Source of the DNA: Comamonas sp. lk
GTDB lineage: Bacteria > Pseudomonadota > Gammaproteobacteria > Burkholderiales > Burkholderiaceae_C
Assembly: GCA_943324505.2 (NCBI GenBank)
Contig: CALPLW020000001.1
Location: forward strand, 1-60,396
DNA length: 60,396 nucleotides
Direction: 5' to 3'
The position numbers and the translations under genes are program-made. Shown here one piece after another: positions 1 to 9,926 of this stretch. Position 1 is the first letter of the stretch. Each line of letters begins with the position of its first letter. The notes under the pieces were generated by a model. The model was not told the origin of the DNA. It ran no database searches and was given only the letters and a program-made list of their open reading frames with translations.

Positions 1-1
1 G

Positions 2-454
2 CTGCCAGAGCATGTTGTCAGCGCCAATAAAGCTGCCGGGGTTGTGGAAGTTCCTGTTCGGTGCGTCCTGGGTGGTTTGATAGTTCTGTGCGTGCATCCA
101 GTCCCAGCCGGACTGGCCTGGCGTTGCGGCAAACTGCTGTTCAAGCCAATCAGCGTAGCCGATGTTACGCACGCTGGCGATCTCACTCGTCGAGGCCGAA
201 AATTGCGCTTGGAGCAGAAATCTGGCGGCATCGGCGTCAGATTGCGGCTGCGTCCAAGATAGATTGCTGGTCTGGTTGGTTGCGAGCAGGGTGGGCCGAA
301 TTTCCGAACCCGAAAAAACATCACCGTTACCCCCGCCTCCGCAAGCAGTAAGCACAGCGACAGCAAGCGCTGGCGCGGCCACTGTCGCCGAGATTGGCGT
401 TGTGGCCCGGGCGACGTCAACCTCGGTCTCAATGCGAACAGATTCTTCTATCAA
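2..454 (-). CDS. DUF1800 family protein, N-terminal part (runs off the window start)
   Basis: Not in the ORF track because it has no stop inside the window. Manual minus-strand translation from TTG at 454 (GGGGAG RBS upstream) gives ...AVLTACGGGG...DADAARFLLQAQFSAS..EIASVRNIGYADWLEQQF, the typical DUF1800 N-terminus. Confidence 0.75.
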   Translation of the reverse strand, partial: MIEESVRIETEVDVARATTPISATVAAPALAVAVLTACGGGGNGDVFSGSEIRPTLLATNQTSNLSWTQPQSDADAARFLLQAQFSASTSEIASVRNIGYADWLEQQFAATPGQSGWDWMHAQNYQTTQDAPNRNFHNPGSFIGADNMLWQ

Positions 455-755
455 AGCTTTACTCCCCTACCTTGCCCAGTAGACTAACTTTTCGCAATTG
501 CCAAAGTCAACAGCGCATGGCGATTTGTAAAGGTTTTTTACGGGGTTGATGGCCTTTCCCAGGCTTGCCATCAGGTTAGCCCAAGACGACCCAGCCCAGG
601 ATTAGGCGTATCTAGCAGGGTTTCAGGTCCTGTCTACGCGTGACTGGGAGCACTGGCAGAGCGCTAGCACTGCTCTGGGGGGCACCGCAATTGGACTACA
701 CCCGGTGCGGCTGGTACCGCGATTGACTTGACAACTGCGACGGGGCCCGAAGTTG

Positions 756-1673
756 TCAGACTGGCAAAAAGCCTTCGACCGACAGGTAACGCTCACCTGT
801 GTCGTAGTTGAAGCCAAGTACCCGTGCTCCAGCTGGCAGCTCAGGCAGTTTTTGTGCGATGGCTGCCAGCGTGGCGCCGCTGGAGATGCCCACCAGCATG
901 CCCTCTTCGCGCGCGCTGCGGCGGGCCATCTCGCGCGAGGCCTCGGCCTCGACCTGGATCACGCCGTCGAGCAGGGTGGTGTCCAGGTTTTTCGGAATGA
1001 AACCGGCGCCGATGCCCTGGATCGGGTGCGGCGAGGGTGCGCCGCCCGAGATCACCGGCGAGGCGGCTGGCTCCACCGCATACACCTTGAGCTGGGGCCA
1101 GACCGCTTTGAGCACGCGGGCGCAGCCGCTGAGGTGGCCGCCGGTGCCCACGCCGGTGATCAGCGCGTCGAGCCCGTCGGGAAAATCGGCCAGGATTTCC
1201 TGCGCGGTGGTGCGCACATGCACCTCGATGTTGGCCGCGTTCTCGAACTGCTGCGGCATCCACGCGCCGGGTGTGGCCGCCACCAGTTCCTGGGCCCGTG
1301 CAATCGCACCTTTCATGCCTTTTTCTCGTGGGGTCAGGTCAAAGCTGGCGCCGTAGGCCAGCATCAGGCGGCGGCGCTCGATCGACATGCTGTCGGGCAT
1401 AACCAATACCAGCTTGTAGCCTTTGACGGCGGCTACCATGGCCAGGCCGACACCAGTGTTGCCCGAGGTGGGCTCGACGATGGTGGCGCCGGGCTGTAGC
1501 ACGCCACTGCGTTCGGCGTCTTCCACCATGGCCAGTGCGATGCGGTCTTTGATCGATCCGCCGGGGTTACTGCGCTCGGACTTGACCCAGACCTGGGCGC
1601 CCGCGCCAAACAGGCGGTTGATGCGGACGTGGGGGGTGTTACCGATGGTGTGCAGAATGCTGTCAGCCTTCAT
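756..1673 (-). CDS. cysK: Cysteine synthase A (O-acetylserine sulfhydrylase)
   Basis: [14 protein letters not shown] (PLP lysine), [22 protein letters not shown] and GISSGA motifs. Confidence 0.95.
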   Translation of the reverse strand: MKADSILHTIGNTPHVRINRLFGAGAQVWVKSERSNPGGSIKDRIALAMVEDAERSGVLQPGATIVEPTSGNTGVGLAMVAAVKGYKLVLVMPDSMSIERRRLMLAYGASFDLTPREKGMKGAIARAQELVAATPGAWMPQQFENAANIEVHVRTTAQEILADFPDGLDALITGVGTGGHLSGCARVLKAVWPQLKVYAVEPAASPVISGGAPSPHPIQGIGAGFIPKNLDTTLLDGVIQVEAEASREMARRSAREEGMLVGISSGATLAAIAQKLPELPAGARVLGFNYDTGERYLSVEGFLPV

Positions 1674-1731
1674 GGCGCGCTCCAGGAGTGGGTGGTGAAT
1701 TGGCCATTTTCGGCCGATTGATCGATGCGCC

Positions 1732-1762
1732 TTGACATATGGTTATGAAAGCTCGCGATAAT
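1732..1762 (+). promoter_or_regulatory. Putative sigma70 promoter of rnpB
   Basis: TTGACA (1732-1737) and GATAAT (1757-1762) just upstream of the RNase P RNA. The 19-nt spacer is longer than ideal. Confidence 0.4.
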
Positions 1763-1768
1763 GAAGGG

Positions 1769-2122
1769 GTGAAGCCGGCCAGACTGCCGCTGGTGCAATC
1801 CTGGAAACAGGGCACTGGAGGAACGTCCGGACTGCACAGGGCAGCGTAGCAGCTAACAGCTGTCCACTGAAAGCCAGGTGCGCAAGCACAGGGTATAAGG
1901 TGAGGATCAGAGCAACAGAGACGAGTCGTGCCGGGGCAACCCGGTGCGGGTGAAACGGGCAATCTCTACGCGCAGCAATACCAAGTAGGCACACGTTGAT
2001 GGGGCCCCCGGAGTGTGCGGGTAGGTAGCATTGAGCTGTTGGGTGACCAACAGCCCAGATTAATGGCAGTCACACGGTGGGCAACTACCGTGCACAGAAT
2101 CCGGCTTATCGGCGGGCTTCAC
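1769..2122 (+). ncRNA. rnpB: RNase P RNA, bacterial type A
   Basis: Conserved GAGGAACGTCCGGACT, GGGTGAAACGGGCAATCTC and ACAGAATCCGGCTTAT. Terminal P1 pairing GTGAAGCC...GGCTTCAC. Confidence 0.95.
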
Positions 2123-2145
2123 AATTTTTCGGTTTCAGTGCGCGC

Positions 2146-3027
2146 ATGGATTTTTTCAGAATTTTCGGCGGGTCGATGATGGCATTGGGGCTGATATGGC
2201 CCATTGGCGGCGTGGCATCACCGCCCAACAAGCCGTCAGTGCTTCCCCTGGCGCCACCATGCGCCGAACTGGTGGCTGCATTGCCCAATGTGCGCCGAGA
2301 TCTCTGCGAGTCGGCACAACTGTTGCCAGTGGCGCGATCAGTGCGGGGTCGGCCGATTTACGCGCGCGATATCGTGCCAGCTCAGCCGAATTTGCGTGTT
2401 TTGGTGATCGGCGCCATTCATGGCGATGAACTGTCCTCAGCGGCAGTGGCGCTGCACTGGATCCGATTGGCCAGCCAGCCGCCAGCCGACATGCCCCAGT
2501 CGATTCACTGGCGATTTGTACCGGTGCTTAACCCTGATGGTGTGCTGTCCCGTCCCCCAACCCGAGTCAACGCCAGCGGCGTCGACCTGAATCGCAACTT
2601 TCCCACGCCGAACTGGCAGCGCGACTCCCGGATTTACTGGGAAAAACGCACTGCGCGTGACCCGCGTCGCTGGCCAGGCCCCCAACCCTTGTCCGAGCCA
2701 GAATCACGTTTTCTTCACGAGCAGATGAGTAGTTTTAATCCACAGTTGATCGTCAGCATTCACGCGCCTTACGGCGTTCTCGACTTTGACGGCCCATCGG
2801 TGCCGCCGTCTCGCCTGGGGCGCCTGTACTTGGACCAAGTCGGCATCTTTCCGGGCTCGCTGGGGAATTACGGCGGCGTCCACAAGGGCGTGCCAGTCGT
2901 GACGGTTGAGTTGCCTAATTCATTGCGCACCCCTTTGGACGCCGAAATGCGCCAAATGTGGCTCGATTTGCTGCGCTGGACCACTGCGCGGCTGAGCCCG
3001 TCGGCTGCAGGAATTCGCACACCCTGA
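2146..3027 (+). CDS. mpaA: M14-family zinc carboxypeptidase / murein peptide amidase A-like
   Basis: IHGDE, NPDG, NASGVDLNRNF, SEPES, SIH and VELP motifs. Start moved to ATG 2146 because the track start overlaps rnpB. Confidence 0.75.
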   Translation: MDFFRIFGGSMMALGLIWPIGGVASPPNKPSVLPLAPPCAELVAALPNVRRDLCESAQLLPVARSVRGRPIYARDIVPAQPNLRVLVIGAIHGDELSSAAVALHWIRLASQPPADMPQSIHWRFVPVLNPDGVLSRPPTRVNASGVDLNRNFPTPNWQRDSRIYWEKRTARDPRRWPGPQPLSEPESRFLHEQMSSFNPQLIVSIHAPYGVLDFDGPSVPPSRLGRLYLDQVGIFPGSLGNYGGVHKGVPVVTVELPNSLRTPLDAEMRQMWLDLLRWTTARLSPSAAGIRTP

Positions 3028-3048
3028 AGCGGCGTGGGTGGTGGTGAT

Positions 3049-3822
3049 CTAAAAGCGTTCGTGCTGCGATAAAAATCGCCACTGTCCAGCGGGCATGGCT
3101 CCCAGCATGACCCGCCCGATGCGGATTCGCTTCATGCCTGAGATCTTCAAGCCCGCCTGGTCGCACAGGTCAGCCAGCAGGCCGGGATGACCTCCCTTCA
3201 TTGCACAACGCAAGCGGGTTGTGCCCTCGCTGTTGCTATTGACGCTGATTTTGACGCTGCTGCGGCCCGGCGTCGCCCCGTCAGGCGTGCGGTTGAGGCG
3301 CCGAAGCGTCTCTGGGCTGACGTCGCCCGCCACGTCCAGCATGACCTCGTGCTCCATCAGGGCCGCGTCCTCGGTCAGTTTGCGTGCCACCCGCCAGTCC
3401 TGGGTGAACACCACTAAGCCACTGGCAGCCCATTCCAGTGGGACCAGGGAGTCCAGTCCGATCAGGTGCCTTTTTAGCAGGCGTTGCCCCACTTCTCCTC
3501 CGGCCAGTTGCTGCGCTTGGATCAACAAGTGCCGCGCCGACGGTGGTACGCCTGGTCGGGGGCGTTTACCGTCTGGTGCCAGGCGGCCGTCGTCGTGGCC
3601 GGCCGGTTTGTGCAACAACAGGGTTGCCGGCGTCGCATCCATCAGGCTGGCGTCACGGTCCAGCGTCACCACCTGCTGCTGAACGCGACTCTGCGGCTCT
3701 TCCACCACCCGGCCGTCCACCCGCACCCAGCCCCCTGTGATGTACTGTTCGGCTTCACGGCGTGAGCAGGGCACTAGGGCCGCCACGCGTTTGGCCAGGC
3801 GTTCACCCTCGTCGGTTCTCAC
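3049..3822 (-). CDS. S4-domain rRNA pseudouridine synthase (RsuA/RluB/E/F family)
   Basis: N-terminal S4 motif ERLAK...CSRREAEQYI..GWVRVDG, LLHKPAG and C-terminal KRIRIG...GQWRFL. The usual RLD catalytic motif appears as PLE. Confidence 0.8.
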   Translation of the reverse strand: MRTDEGERLAKRVAALVPCSRREAEQYITGGWVRVDGRVVEEPQSRVQQQVVTLDRDASLMDATPATLLLHKPAGHDDGRLAPDGKRPRPGVPPSARHLLIQAQQLAGGEVGQRLLKRHLIGLDSLVPLEWAASGLVVFTQDWRVARKLTEDAALMEHEVMLDVAGDVSPETLRRLNRTPDGATPGRSSVKISVNSNSEGTTRLRCAMKGGHPGLLADLCDQAGLKISGMKRIRIGRVMLGAMPAGQWRFLSQHERF

Positions 3823-5471
3823 ACCATGGCCTCAATGCGCGCCACATGGGCCAGCAGCGAACGCTTGGCCACCGGCCACATGCGGGGCGGCACATCGTCG
3901 TAGGCCTGGGCCACCCAGTCGTCAGGCGTGCCCCCCGGGTGGGCCTGCATCACCGCCAGGATCTTGGCTTCGCGCTTGAGCCGGTGGGCCTTCAGGTGGG
4001 CGATGGCTGCGCGGGCCTCTCCGTCATGGCCACCTATCACATAGCCATGCGCGGGCAGGATGAAGCCCACGTGATGCTGTTCACAGGCCTCAGCCAAGCG
4101 GTCCAGCGAGTCCAAGTAAGCACTCATGTCGCCGTCCGGCGGATCAACCACGGTGGTGCTGCCATTGAGGACATGGTCGCCGCTGAACAGCAGACCGTCT
4201 TCGAGCAGCAGCAGGCAAAGGTGGTTGGCAGCGTGGCCAGGGGTGTGAATCACCATGAGCGTATGAGTCAAATCGGCCTCTAGCCCTTGTCCAGTAAGGG
4301 TTAGTAGCTCACTATTTTGTAGCGAGCGGTCCGGGTTGAAGCGGCTGTTCTCGCGCGCGGTCGGCGCCGAGGGCAGGCCCAGAATCGGCGGCCGGGGCTG
4401 GCAAAGCGCCTGCAGCGGCCGGGCGCCGGGTGAATGGTCGGGGTGTGAGTGGGTGCACACAATCAGGCGGATGTCGCCACCTGCGGCGCGCCACAGCCGC
4501 TCCAGGTGCGCCGGGTCGGCTGGGCCGGGGTCAATGGCGATGTAGCCGGTGCGCGGGTCGCCCACCAGATAGCTGTTGGTGCCGGGCCCGGTCATCACGC
4601 CCGGGTTGGGCGCGGTCAGGCGCAGCAGGTTTTTCAAGAGCGGCACCGGCTGTTCGCACTGCCAGTCCAGGTGGTGCTCGATCTGGCCGTCAGGGCAGAC
4701 CAGCGCCAGTTCGCCATAGGGGTGCTCGTGCTCCATGTAGCGGGCTTCGCGCCCGGCCAACAACCCGGCGCGCGGGCAACTGGTCCACAGCGGCTCCTCG
4801 GTGGCGGCGCAGGCTTGCAGCACGGCGTCCACCGTGTCGTATCCCTGCAGCCGCTCCAGCGTGCGGATGGTCGGGAAGATGATGAAAAATTGGCCGGCCG
4901 TGTGGCGGGCCAGAGCGTCGGCCGGTCGTACCCAAACCGGTTCGAACTGCTCCTGACCGTCGGCCACTGGGGTTTGCCCGGTTGGCATGCGCGCCACCAA
5001 AAAAGGAACGTCGAAACGTCGCGGCAGGTCGCGGTCGGTGACCCAGTGCGCCAGCACATACACCGAGTCGGCAGCCAGCAGCAGGTTCCGTGCCTTGCAT
5101 TGGGCGGCAAAGGGCTGGCTGCGGTCCAGGGCTGCGATGTCTTGCTGGTCGGCGGGCCTGCCGTCGGCGTGTTGCGCCAGCAAAACGCCAAGTTCTTCAA
5201 AGCTCTCCCGGATGGCCGCAATGGCCTGCGTCAGGTGCAGCGCACTTTGGCCGGGGCGACGCGTCGCCAAAGCATGGCTGGCGGCATCGAGCGGGTCGAC
5301 GCCGCCGCCCGGGAACACATAGGCGCCCGGCGCAAAGCTGGCCGTCAGTGAGCGGCGCGTCATCAGCACCTCCAGCCCGGCCTCGCCATCCCGCAGCAGC
5401 AGCACGGTGGCAGCAGGGCGAGTGGGGGCGGGGTCGCGTTGCGGATGGAGGAGTTGCGAGGTTCTGGTCAT
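3819..5471 (-). CDS. Nudix hydrolase - metallo-beta-lactamase-fold fusion protein
   Basis: N-half AATVLLLRD..VFPGG..AAIRESFEELG (Nudix). C-half APNPGVMTGPGTNSY, THSHPDH, HTPGH, FSGDH and PAHG (LACTB2-like MBL). Confidence 0.85.
   Translation of the reverse strand: MTRTSQLLHPQRDPAPTRPAATVLLLRDGEAGLEVLMTRRSLTASFAPGAYVFPGGGVDPLDAASHALATRRPGQSALHLTQAIAAIRESFEELGVLLAQHADGRPADQQDIAALDRSQPFAAQCKARNLLLAADSVYVLAHWVTDRDLPRRFDVPFLVARMPTGQTPVADGQEQFEPVWVRPADALARHTAGQFFIIFPTIRTLERLQGYDTVDAVLQACAATEEPLWTSCPRAGLLAGREARYMEHEHPYGELALVCPDGQIEHHLDWQCEQPVPLLKNLLRLTAPNPGVMTGPGTNSYLVGDPRTGYIAIDPGPADPAHLERLWRAAGGDIRLIVCTHSHPDHSPGARPLQALCQPRPPILGLPSAPTARENSRFNPDRSLQNSELLTLTGQGLEADLTHTLMVIHTPGHAANHLCLLLLEDGLLFSGDHVLNGSTTVVDPPDGDMSAYLDSLDRLAEACEQHHVGFILPAHGYVIGGHDGEARAAIAHLKAHRLKREAKILAVMQAHPGGTPDDWVAQAYDDVPPRMWPVAKRSLLAHVARIEAMV
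4270..4323. repeat. 54-bp dispersed motif, copy A (inside the MBL domain)
   Basis: aaatcggcctCTAGcccttgtccagtaagggttagtAGCTcactattttgTAGC aligns without gaps to 45412-45465 and 59421-59474. Confidence 0.7.
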
Positions 5472-5507
5472 GGCTGGATTTTGCGGCCAAAACGTGCGCT
5501 AGCGTGA

Positions 5508-6377
5508 TCAAGCGCTACTGCCGCTCAACAACGCTTCCAGGTAAAGGCCGCAAGTATGGCGCAAATCGATACGGTAGCCTGTCATACCCTGGAGCGCTTG
5601 GCAGGTCAGTCCCAGCGCTTGGGCGCGCTGAACAATCGGGTCCAGTCTGTCAAACGATATTGTCAGAGCTATGGGGCGCACCGTTTGGATGTCGGCGTCG
5701 ACGTTCAGGGTCAGACCGGCATCCCTTAAGCGCCAAAGACCCAGGCCGCTGCCATCATCGGGTGGCAGGGCGCCAGCAGTTTGCAGGCGCTGCCCCCACC
5801 CTTGCAGGCCATCTGAAGGGCCTGAATAGCTCACGCCGAGCAGGGCTTGTGCCTGGTTCTGGTGCTCCAGTAAGGAAGGTGAACGCACCAGTTCGGGCGT
5901 CAGGTGCTGCACCCAACAGATGTAGGAGGGTTCCTCGGCCTGCCAGGGTGCATCGAAAAAACTGAACCGCGCCAAGCCCTCGCATTCGGTCGTCTTCACG
6001 TGCCGCGACCAGTCCAGCAGCGGCCCCACGGGCAGCTGGCGCATGATGCAGTCGGCATGCCAGGCGCGAGCGTCGGTCGTTGCCAGCGCCAGCACATGCA
6101 GCCCGTAGCGGACCTTCAAGGCAGGCGTCAGTTGGTGTCCGGCCAGAGGGTCGGTGATTTGCATGAGTTCGATGTAGCCCGACGTCAGCATGATCGAGTG
6201 CTGCGAACTGCCGGCCGACACCACCTGCCCCTGGGCATTGGTACGGGTGTGATCGGCTCGGGCCGTCAGGGTAAAGCCAAGATCGGTAAATAGTGCGCGA
6301 CTCTGGTCGAGGTCCGGAATGATGAAGCCCACGTGGTCAAGGCCGATAGCCTGTGGTTTTGGCTCTGAGGTGTTCAT
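5508..6377 (-). CDS. VOC (glyoxalase-like) family protein
   Basis: LDHVGF....DL......F..LGF, HT, YIEL and F...QHLTPE pattern of the Glyoxalase_3 type. Confidence 0.75.
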   Translation of the reverse strand: MNTSEPKPQAIGLDHVGFIIPDLDQSRALFTDLGFTLTARADHTRTNAQGQVVSAGSSQHSIMLTSGYIELMQITDPLAGHQLTPALKVRYGLHVLALATTDARAWHADCIMRQLPVGPLLDWSRHVKTTECEGLARFSFFDAPWQAEEPSYICWVQHLTPELVRSPSLLEHQNQAQALLGVSYSGPSDGLQGWGQRLQTAGALPPDDGSGLGLWRLRDAGLTLNVDADIQTVRPIALTISFDRLDPIVQRAQALGLTCQALQGMTGYRIDLRHTCGLYLEALLSGSSA

Positions 6378-6378
6378 T

Positions 6379-6388
6379 TTGTATGCAA
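6379..6388. promoter_or_regulatory. Putative GntR-family operator (TTGTATGCAA)
   Basis: Near-palindrome directly upstream of the VOC start codon. One of four copies in the island. Confidence 0.6.
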
Positions 6389-6430
6389 TTCTTTATGAAT
6401 TAATTTAAATAAGAGCATATACCGAAATAA

Positions 6431-6440
6431 TTGCATGCAA
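6431..6440. promoter_or_regulatory. Putative GntR-family operator (TTGCATGCAA)
   Basis: Perfect palindrome in the AT-rich divergent promoter region between the VOC gene and the ABC operon. Confidence 0.65.
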
Positions 6441-6505
6441 CTTTCCGGGTCATGCTACCATTTCAGCGGTAAAACCAATTGAACGTTGAATTTGAAAGGT
6501 GTGTC

Positions 6506-8095
6506 ATGAAATATCTGTCTCGCTTGCTGTGCTTGATCGTAGGTCTGTCGGTGTGGATGGGCGTACACGCTCAAACCACGAGCCCCAGTCGCGGTGGCAC
6601 CCTGACCATTGCGTTACCCACGGAGCCGGCCCACCTTAATTCAGCGATTGACACCACGCAGCAGGTCAAAGTGGTCGCTGGGAAAATTTACAACGGGCTC
6701 ATCAAGTACGACCTGAAGATGAACATGCAGCCTGACCTGGCGCAGTCTTGGAGCGTCTCGCCGGATGGCCTTCGCATTACCTTCAATTTGCGTAAAGGGG
6801 TTAAGTGGCATGACGGGCGCGACTTCACTTCCGCCGATGTGGCCTATTCCATCATGAAGGGATTTGGCCCCAATAACGGTCTGGTGCGCTCTACTTTCGC
6901 CAATGTTCAGTCGGTTCAGACACCCGATGCGCATACAGCAGTGCTTGTCATGAGTCAGTCCGCAGCGGCCCTGATGAGCGCATTGCCGGTGGCCACCGCC
7001 ACGATCTTGCCGGCTCACCTATTTGATAACACCGATATCCGGCGCAATCCAGCCAACCTGAAGCCAGTAGGCACCGGCCCCTTTATGTTCAGTGAATGGC
7101 GTCGTGGCAACGCCATCGTTCTGGTGCGTAACCCCAATTACTTCGAAGCCAACAAGCCCTACCTTGACCGAATCGTGTTCAAGGTGATTCCTGATACGCA
7201 GTCCAGGGGTGCGGCTATTGAGTCGGGCGACGTCGATATGGTGTTCCACAGCACGGTTGCGGCCTCGGATGCTCGCCGGCTTGGCGCGCTGAAACAATTG
7301 GAATTGACTACCGACGGGTATTTCTTCGACTCCACCGTGGCTTTCATGGAGTTCAATAACGAGCACCCGATCATGGGGAAGACGGCTGTGCGCCGTGCGC
7401 TGGCCCATGCCATTGATCGCCAGTTCATTCTGGATAACGTGTGGATGGGCTTTGGACGCGTCGCCACATCCCCGATCCATGACAACTTGAAACAGTTCTA
7501 TACCGATGACGTTCCCCGATACGCCTATGACCTTAAACGCGCCGAACAGTTGCTCGATGAGGCTGGATTCAAAAAAGGCGCTGATGGCAAGCGCTTCAAA
7601 CTGGTGATTGATTACGTGCCGTTTGGCGACCAGTACCCCAAAATGGCCCAATACATTCGGCAGCAGATGATTCAGATCGGTATTGATGCCGAGGTCAGGA
7701 ACAGCGATTTTGCAACCTGGGTGCGCCGTATCTGGACTCAGCGCGACTGGATGGTGAATATGTCGGCGATCACCAACGCGTCGGACCCTTCGATCGGCGT
7801 CCAACGCGCTTATTGGTCTAAAAACATCGTCCCCGGCACGCCGTTTACCAACGGGACTCACTTCAAGAATGCCGAGCTCGACGAATATTTTGAAAAAGCC
7901 TCGCTGAATACCGATCCCTTGATCCGACGCCGCCATTTTGCTGCCATTCAGCGGATTTTGGCCAGCGAGCTGCCAGTCATTCCCCTTGTGTCGATTGACC
8001 AGTTCTCCGTGGTCAACAAGCGGGTGCGCAATCACTCCACCTTGGCTGATGGGGTCTATTCTGGCTATTCTGACGTCTGGATCGCGCCCAACTGA
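6506..8095 (+). CDS. Peptide/nickel-type ABC transporter substrate-binding protein (DppA/OppA family)
   Basis: Signal peptide, RGGTL, PDLAQSW.VS.DG..ITF.LR.GVKWHDG..FTS.DV and VGTGPF motifs. Confidence 0.9.
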   Translation: MKYLSRLLCLIVGLSVWMGVHAQTTSPSRGGTLTIALPTEPAHLNSAIDTTQQVKVVAGKIYNGLIKYDLKMNMQPDLAQSWSVSPDGLRITFNLRKGVKWHDGRDFTSADVAYSIMKGFGPNNGLVRSTFANVQSVQTPDAHTAVLVMSQSAAALMSALPVATATILPAHLFDNTDIRRNPANLKPVGTGPFMFSEWRRGNAIVLVRNPNYFEANKPYLDRIVFKVIPDTQSRGAAIESGDVDMVFHSTVAASDARRLGALKQLELTTDGYFFDSTVAFMEFNNEHPIMGKTAVRRALAHAIDRQFILDNVWMGFGRVATSPIHDNLKQFYTDDVPRYAYDLKRAEQLLDEAGFKKGADGKRFKLVIDYVPFGDQYPKMAQYIRQQMIQIGIDAEVRNSDFATWVRRIWTQRDWMVNMSAITNASDPSIGVQRAYWSKNIVPGTPFTNGTHFKNAELDEYFEKASLNTDPLIRRRHFAAIQRILASELPVIPLVSIDQFSVVNKRVRNHSTLADGVYSGYSDVWIAPN

Positions 8096-8106
8096 GTACA
8101 CCGCGT

Positions 8107-9090
8107 TTGCTGAAGTCTCCGTCTTCGCGTTACCTGCTGCGACGCCTGGGCCAGGCCGTCCTGGTTTTGGCGATCGTCGTGGTGCTGCAGTTCTTTCTGC
8201 TGCAGTTGGCACCTGGCGATGTAGCCGATGTCATTGCTGGCGAGGCCCAGGCCTCCGATCCCGAGTTCGTCAGGCGACTGCGCTTGGAGTTGGGCCTTGA
8301 TCGGCCGCTTTGGGTTCAGTTGGGACTGCATTTACAACGGGTGGTCACCCTTGATCTGGGGCAGGCGCATTCGTTTGATGCCCCTGTTCTTGACCTGATC
8401 CTCCAGCGTCTGCCGGCGACCTTGCTGTTGATGGTGGCGTCGATTGTGATGGCGATGGTGTTGGGTACGTCGCTTGGGATCTGGGCAGCCCTGCGCGCAC
8501 GCGGCCCGGCCGATACCTTGGTCACGTTCACTGCCCTGCTGTTCTATGCGACGCCAGGCTTTTTGGTGGGCATCGGCATGATATTGCTGTTCACGGTGCA
8601 ACTGAAATGGCTTCCGATGTCGGGGATGAATGACTTGTACGGTGACAGTCCCTTATGGGCGCAAGCCCTTGACATCGCGCGACACCTGATCATGCCCATG
8701 GTGTCCTTAAGCCTTTTTTACGTCGCGGTGTACACGAGGCTCATGCGCGCGTCGATGTTAGAGGTCATGCACCTTGACTACGTGCGCACGGCACGCAGCA
8801 AAGGCTTGATGCCTTTGCGCATCGTCTGGCGTCATATGGCGCGCAATGCCATGCTGCCCATGGTCACGATGCTGGGTTTGCAAGTCAGTTCCCTGTTGGG
8901 GGGCTCGGTCGTGATCGAGACGGTTTTCGGCTGGCCAGGCATTGGTCGACTCGCGTTTGAAGCTGTTTTTAAGCGGGATGTACCGTTGGTGATGGGTGTG
9001 CTGCTGTTTAGCTCGGTGCTGGTGTTGAGCGTGAGCTTGATGATCGACTTGATCTACACCCGGCTTGACCCGCGGATAAGCCTGCGCTGA
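8107..9090 (+). CDS. ABC transporter permease (DppB-like)
   Basis: LAPGD, GLDRP, RLPAT, DYVRTARSKG, ETVFGWPGIG and LDPRI motifs. Confidence 0.9.
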   Translation: MLKSPSSRYLLRRLGQAVLVLAIVVVLQFFLLQLAPGDVADVIAGEAQASDPEFVRRLRLELGLDRPLWVQLGLHLQRVVTLDLGQAHSFDAPVLDLILQRLPATLLLMVASIVMAMVLGTSLGIWAALRARGPADTLVTFTALLFYATPGFLVGIGMILLFTVQLKWLPMSGMNDLYGDSPLWAQALDIARHLIMPMVSLSLFYVAVYTRLMRASMLEVMHLDYVRTARSKGLMPLRIVWRHMARNAMLPMVTMLGLQVSSLLGGSVVIETVFGWPGIGRLAFEAVFKRDVPLVMGVLLFSSVLVLSVSLMIDLIYTRLDPRISLR

Positions 9091-9092
9091 CC

Positions 9093-9926
9093 ATGAGCTC
9101 ACTTCGCCTTCGCCTGAGTCGAAGCCTAACCTTTGTCGTCGGCAGTGGTTTGATGCTGGTCCTTCTGCTGATGGCGGCCGCCGGCCCTCTGCTCTATCCA
9201 CAGGGGCCGTGGGGTATGGTCGGGCCACCCATGATCTGGCCTGGGGATCGTGTCGGCCTCTGGTTGGGTACTGACTCGCTTGGCCGCGATATGCTGGCTG
9301 GTCTGCTGCATGGGGCTCGGGTTTCGTTATGGATTGGTGTGGCCGCTACAGTGGCCGCCTTAAGCCTGGGCATGGCCATTGGTGCCCTGACAGGCTACTA
9401 CGGCGGTTTGGTTGACGATGCCTTCATGCGGCTGACTGACGCGGTACAAACCATACCGCCCTTTTTATTGGCGATTGTGGTTGTGGTGATTACCACTCCC
9501 AGTGTCGCTGCGACCATCGGCGCCATAGCCCTGATATCGTGGCCGAGCGTGGCTCGTCTGGTCCGTGCTGAATTCATGCGCCTGCGTGAGGCCGAGTTCG
9601 TCGCATCCTGCCGTTTGCTCGGCATGAGCGATACCCGCATCATCCTGACCCAGATGCTCCCAAATGCCATGGCGCCGATTGTGGTGAGTGCCTCCATCAT
9701 GGTGGCCAGTGCGATTCTTATAGAGTCGGGGTTGTCATTTCTTGGGCTCGGAGATCCGAATGTGATTTCCTGGGGCAGCATGGTCGGAATGGGTCGTTCT
9801 GATTTCCGTGCGGGGTGGTACCTGGTAGTCATTCCTGGCCTGGCCATCATGGCCAGTGTGCTGGCCCTGAACCTGATGGGGGATGGGCTCAATGACGCCC
9901 TCAACACCCGCCTGCAGCATGACTGA
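9093..9926 (+). CDS. ABC transporter permease (DppC-like)
   Basis: LGTDSLGRD, GARVSL, ARLVR, LPN, ESGLSFLGLG, SWG and GDGL motifs. Confidence 0.9.
   Translation: MSSLRLRLSRSLTFVVGSGLMLVLLLMAAAGPLLYPQGPWGMVGPPMIWPGDRVGLWLGTDSLGRDMLAGLLHGARVSLWIGVAATVAALSLGMAIGALTGYYGGLVDDAFMRLTDAVQTIPPFLLAIVVVVITTPSVAATIGAIALISWPSVARLVRAEFMRLREAEFVASCRLLGMSDTRIILTQMLPNAMAPIVVSASIMVASAILIESGLSFLGLGDPNVISWGSMVGMGRSDFRAGWYLVVIPGLAIMASVLALNLMGDGLNDALNTRLQHD

Noticed and set aside
545-710. Several short hairpins between cysK and the DUF1800 gene
   Set aside because: Stems of 6-7 bp in GC-rich DNA with no U-tract or recognisable riboswitch motif; not distinguishable from background.
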